Assembly: GCA_963664225.1 (NCBI GenBank)
Contig: OY760937.1
Span: 288,001 to 352,000, forward strand
DNA from: Verrucomicrobiia bacterium
GTDB lineage: Bacteria > Verrucomicrobiota > Verrucomicrobiia > Limisphaerales > UBA1319
Direction: 5' to 3'
DNA length: 64,000 nt
Shown: positions 60,493 to 64,000 of the stretch, piece after piece
Numbering within the stretch: position 1 is the first letter of the stretch
How the letters are laid out: every line of letters begins with the position of its first letter
Notes under the pieces: model-generated
Databases searched by the model: none
What the model saw: the letters and a program-made list of their open reading frames with translations, nothing else
Told to the model about the DNA's origin: nothing
Translations under genes and position numbers: made by a program

Positions 60493-60897
60493 TTCAGAAA
60501 CCTGCAGATAAGAAAATACCAGCCGCCAAAGCTTGGGTTGGTGCGTCTGAAATGGTTATCAATGGATGTGCGCGTTTAATTGCTGGGAATCGCCGCACAT
60601 TCATCAACGCATGAAAGCATTGTCCCAATTTAACCATGATTCAATTTGTAACTCTCTATATCCAAGGTCATTAAATGTATTCTAGGTTTTCCCAATTGCC
60701 ATTGCAGGCATTTTAAATTTTCTTCCGCATTTCAATTCGTGCCGCAGTGTTACCGGAGGAATCAAAAACAGCAAGTCTGAGATGGAAGGCGTCAGACAAA
60801 AGCGACCTGCATCGCATTTGACCGGTGCCGATGGGGTCGGGCATACTCGGTGGCATTTAATGAGAGACGGCATCCATAGAGACGGCAGGCGGACGCA

Positions 60898-63800
60898 ATG
60901 AGCGCGGTGGAATTAACCGACGCGTTCCTGGCAAAAATAGCAGGCTGGGAGGCCATGAAACGGGCACGCGCGTTGCTGGAATCGGGCAAGGTGCTCAGTT
61001 CGAATTGGACGCCACCCATCCTGAGGGGCGTGGTGCAGGAGGGCAGCATTTCCTACCGCGCCGGGCTGGCCATCAAGGACGCAATCGATCTGGAAAACAT
61101 GTGCGGCTGCCGGGAGTCGCGTCAGTGGGGAACGATCTGCGCGCATTCGGTGGCGGTGGGGCTGCATCACTTGCACCGCAACGATCCGGTTCCAGACAAG
61201 GGCCTGGCCACGGCGGTGACGTCCACCCTGTTGAAAGGCCCCACTGCGACAGTCGGGATGCCTGCGCGCACAGGGGAGCGAATTGGTCGGCGTTTGCGGC
61301 GCGTGAAGAGCGGTGGCGAGCCGTTGGAAATCTCAGTCATACTGCCGCCCAATCTTGCGCAGGCGATGGCCAAAGGGGTCATCATGGTCTGTTTCGAGGG
61401 GGCATGGAGGCGAGGGCGGGGACCGCTGAACGGCCTGGATCGCAATGCGAGTTTCGAGTTGGATGCCAAGGACGAGGCTCTGCTTGCTTACATCGAAGAA
61501 GCGGCCGGGGAGGTTCCAGGGCTCATGCAGTTGCGGGGGGAGGCCTTTGGAACGTTGCTCAAACATTTGGTGGGCCATTCACGGGTCACGCTGGGAAAAG
61601 CGCGGTCGTTGCAGGTTTCGAATGAGCCCTGGTTTCCACCACTGCAGGCGCAGTTGCAGACCAATGGGGAGATACGTCTCCAATGGCGCGGTGCATCATC
61701 CGGCGCCGCCGTGGTGATGGCGGGGGAGCGTCAGGGATGGGTGTTGCAGGGGGATGTCGTGGAGCCGATTGGTCTGCCAGAACGTTATTTGGGATTATTG
61801 CGTGCGCCGTTGACGCTGACCCGCGCGCAGGTGCCCTATTTTCTGGGTCAGGATTGGCCGATCTTCCTGCAGAGCGGGAAGGTGGAGGCGAATTTCAAAC
61901 TCGAGGATTTCTCGTTCGCTCCAGAAGCGCCGCGGTTCATATTGTCGCTGGAAGGGGGATTGGCGCAACTGGGCGCGTTGCTTCAATGCAGGTATGGACA
62001 GCGCATCATGACGCTGGGGCTGACGAGTGCGGACGAGACATTGTGGCTGCAGGATCCATCCTCGCCCACGCGTTATTCGACGCGGGATCTGACGGCGGAA
62101 CAGGCGGCACAGGCCCGGCTGGCGCGGTCTGGTTTTGCGCGACCGGATCCGCAGGATGTCAAGGGCCGCTGGCGTCTGACAGGCCAGGATGCGGTGCTGA
62201 CTTTCTTTGCGCGGGAATATCCACGGCTGCAGGCGATCTGGGAGGTGACGCTGGAGGAGCGCCTGGGGCAAAGCGCGGCGCGGAATATCGAGCGGATCGA
62301 ACCGGAGATGGAAATCATTTCATCCGGGGAAAACTGGTTTGAAATGCGGTTGGATTACAAGTCGTCCTCGGGTGGCACATTTTCGCCAGCGGAGATCCAG
62401 CGGCTGCTGCTGTCGGGTCAGAGTCATCGGCGGCTGGCCAACGGGAAGTTTGCGATCATCGACACCGGCGCGGTGGAGGAATTGCAGGAAGTCTTGGTGG
62501 ACTGCGCGCCGGAGCAGAATTCCGGGGCCTACCGTTTTTCAAGCGCGCATGCGGGTTTTCTCACATCGACCCTGCGCGAGCAGACGGGCTGGGAATTGAA
62601 AGCGCCGGAAGCGTGGAAGAAGCGTTTTCAACCGGGCGGAGGAGCCGCGGGAGTCTGTCCGGCGCTGGGGGAATTGGAAACGACCCTCCGGCCGTATCAA
62701 AAGAACGGTGTGGCGTGGCTCGATTTTCTGCAACGCAACGGCTTTGGCGGGATTCTTGCGGACGAAATGGGTCTGGGAAAAACGGTGCAAATGCTCGCGT
62801 TCTTAAAAACCATGGCCGGGGAAGCGCGTGGCCCGTCGATCATCGTGTGTCCCACCAGCTTGGTCTTTAACTGGGTTGCGGAGGTGAAAAAATTCACACC
62901 CAGCCTGCGCGTGCTGGCCATCGAAGGACCGAACCGGCGACCGCTTTTCAAGGAGATCGCAAATCACGATCTGATCGTCACCAGCTACGCATTGATCCGG
63001 CGGGATGCGGAACATTACAAGGGGCTGGAATTCGAGGCGGCCGTGTTGGACGAGGCCCAGCACATCAAAAACCGGCAGACTCAAAACGCCCAGGCGGTCA
63101 AAGCGATCCGGGCCAGACGCCGTTTTGTGCTCACGGGAACGCCGATGGAAAACTCCGTTCTGGATTTGTGGTCGATCTTCGATTTTCTGATGCCCGGTTA
63201 TCTGGGGCAGGCAAAGGACTTTCGGGAGCGTTACGAATGGCCCATTGCGCGCGACAAAAGCGCGGCGGCCCAGGCGCGTCTGGCCCGGCGCATCCGGCCA
63301 TTCATCCTGCGGCGTTTGAAAAAGGACGTTCTGCAGGACTTGCCCGAAAAAATGGAGCAGGTCAGCTACTGCGATCTAACCGCGGCCCAGGGCGAACTCT
63401 ATCAGAAGGTGCTTGAGGCGGGTCGGCGTGAAATCACCGAAGCCGTCGGCGCCAACGGCCTGGCGAAAAGCCGGATGCTGGTGTTTACGACGCTGTTGCG
63501 GCTGCGGCAGATTTGCTGCGATCCGCGCCTGCTCAAGCTTGAAGGGATGGATCCAAAAACCACCTCGGGCAAAACGGAGATGTTCGGCGAGTTGCTGGAG
63601 GAGGTTCTGGACGGCGGCCATCGCACGCTGGTCTTCAGCCAGTTTACCAGCATGTTAAGCCTCATTCGCGAGGCGCTGGACGCGGAGGGTGTTACCTATT
63701 GTTATCTGGATGGATCGACGACGAACCGCGCTGAAGTGGTGAGCCAATTTCAAAATGACGCCACGATTCCCGTGTTTCTGCTCAGCCTCAAGGCGGGCGG

Positions 63801-64000
63801 GGTGGGGCTGAATTTAACGGGTGCCGATACGGTGATTCATTTCGATCCGTGGTGGAATCCCGCCGTGGAAGACCAGGCCACCGACCGCGTTCACCGCATG
63901 GGCCAGACCCGCCTGGTGACGAGTTACAAACTGATCACACGGGGGACGGTGGAGGAGAAGATTTTGAATTTGCAGCAGCGCAAACGGGAGTTGATCAAAG
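60898..64000 (+). CDS. SWIM zinc finger + SNF2-family helicase, 3'-truncated by the window edge
   Basis: Translated by eye from ATG 60898: CGC...CAH (SWIM), LRPYQ, ADEMGLGKT, DEAQ, LSLKAGGVGLNL, DPWWNPAVEDQATDRVHRMGQ. No stop before 64000, so it is absent from the ORF track. Confidence 0.93.
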   Translation, partial: MSAVELTDAFLAKIAGWEAMKRARALLESGKVLSSNWTPPILRGVVQEGSISYRAGLAIKDAIDLENMCGCRESRQWGTICAHSVAVGLHHLHRNDPVPDKGLATAVTSTLLKGPTATVGMPARTGERIGRRLRRVKSGGEPLEISVILPPNLAQAMAKGVIMVCFEGAWRRGRGPLNGLDRNASFELDAKDEALLAYIEEAAGEVPGLMQLRGEAFGTLLKHLVGHSRVTLGKARSLQVSNEPWFPPLQAQLQTNGEIRLQWRGASSGAAVVMAGERQGWVLQGDVVEPIGLPERYLGLLRAPLTLTRAQVPYFLGQDWPIFLQSGKVEANFKLEDFSFAPEAPRFILSLEGGLAQLGALLQCRYGQRIMTLGLTSADETLWLQDPSSPTRYSTRDLTAEQAAQARLARSGFARPDPQDVKGRWRLTGQDAVLTFFAREYPRLQAIWEVTLEERLGQSAARNIERIEPEMEIISSGENWFEMRLDYKSSSGGTFSPAEIQRLLLSGQSHRRLANGKFAIIDTGAVEELQEVLVDCAPEQNSGAYRFSSAHAGFLTSTLREQTGWELKAPEAWKKRFQPGGGAAGVCPALGELETTLRPYQKNGVAWLDFLQRNGFGGILADEMGLGKTVQMLAFLKTMAGEARGPSIIVCPTSLVFNWVAEVKKFTPSLRVLAIEGPNRRPLFKEIANHDLIVTSYALIRRDAEHYKGLEFEAAVLDEAQHIKNRQTQNAQAVKAIRARRRFVLTGTPMENSVLDLWSIFDFLMPGYLGQAKDFRERYEWPIARDKSAAAQARLARRIRPFILRRLKKDVLQDLPEKMEQVSYCDLTAAQGELYQKVLEAGRREITEAVGANGLAKSRMLVFTTLLRLRQICCDPRLLKLEGMDPKTTSGKTEMFGELLEEVLDGGHRTLVFSQFTSMLSLIREALDAEGVTYCYLDGSTTNRAEVVSQFQNDATIPVFLLSLKAGGVGLNLTGADTVIHFDPWWNPAVEDQATDRVHRMGQTRLVTSYKLITRGTVEEKILNLQQRKRELIK

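Overview
Chromosomal window from a GC-rich bacterium. The gene repertoire (WPxWRGP PQQ-like propellers, Tat-exported Gfo/Idh/MocA proteins, secreted glycoside hydrolases) suggests a Verrucomicrobiota/PVC lineage, which is an inference. The backbone carries glmS, glgC, an Fe/Mn SOD, proB-mazG, thiS, thiH, a yqjD/E/K-like trio, rpe, carA, an ftsB-like gene, recF, a complete hoxEFUYH-hoxW bidirectional [NiFe] hydrogenase cluster, a two-component pair, and a SWIM-SNF2 helicase that runs off the right edge. Two accessory structures are not explained by the ORF track. (1) A 7.7-kb element (5223-12919) with Tn7-like ends lies 24 bp downstream of the glmS stop codon. It has no transposase genes and carries one ~2,290-aa surface-protein gene. 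The end of a second, different Tn7-like element (5175-5220) directly abuts it, which points to tandem insertion at attTn7. (2) An integrase-less integron-like region (49158-52075) has two copies of a promoter + attI-like module, two attC-bounded cassettes, a truncated third cassette and an adjacent phage terminase remnant. A frameshifted hicA toxin, a DA1-like peptidase next to thiS and a structured sod leader were also noted. No tRNA, rRNA or CRISPR array was recognised. All calls were made by eye; no database searches were run.
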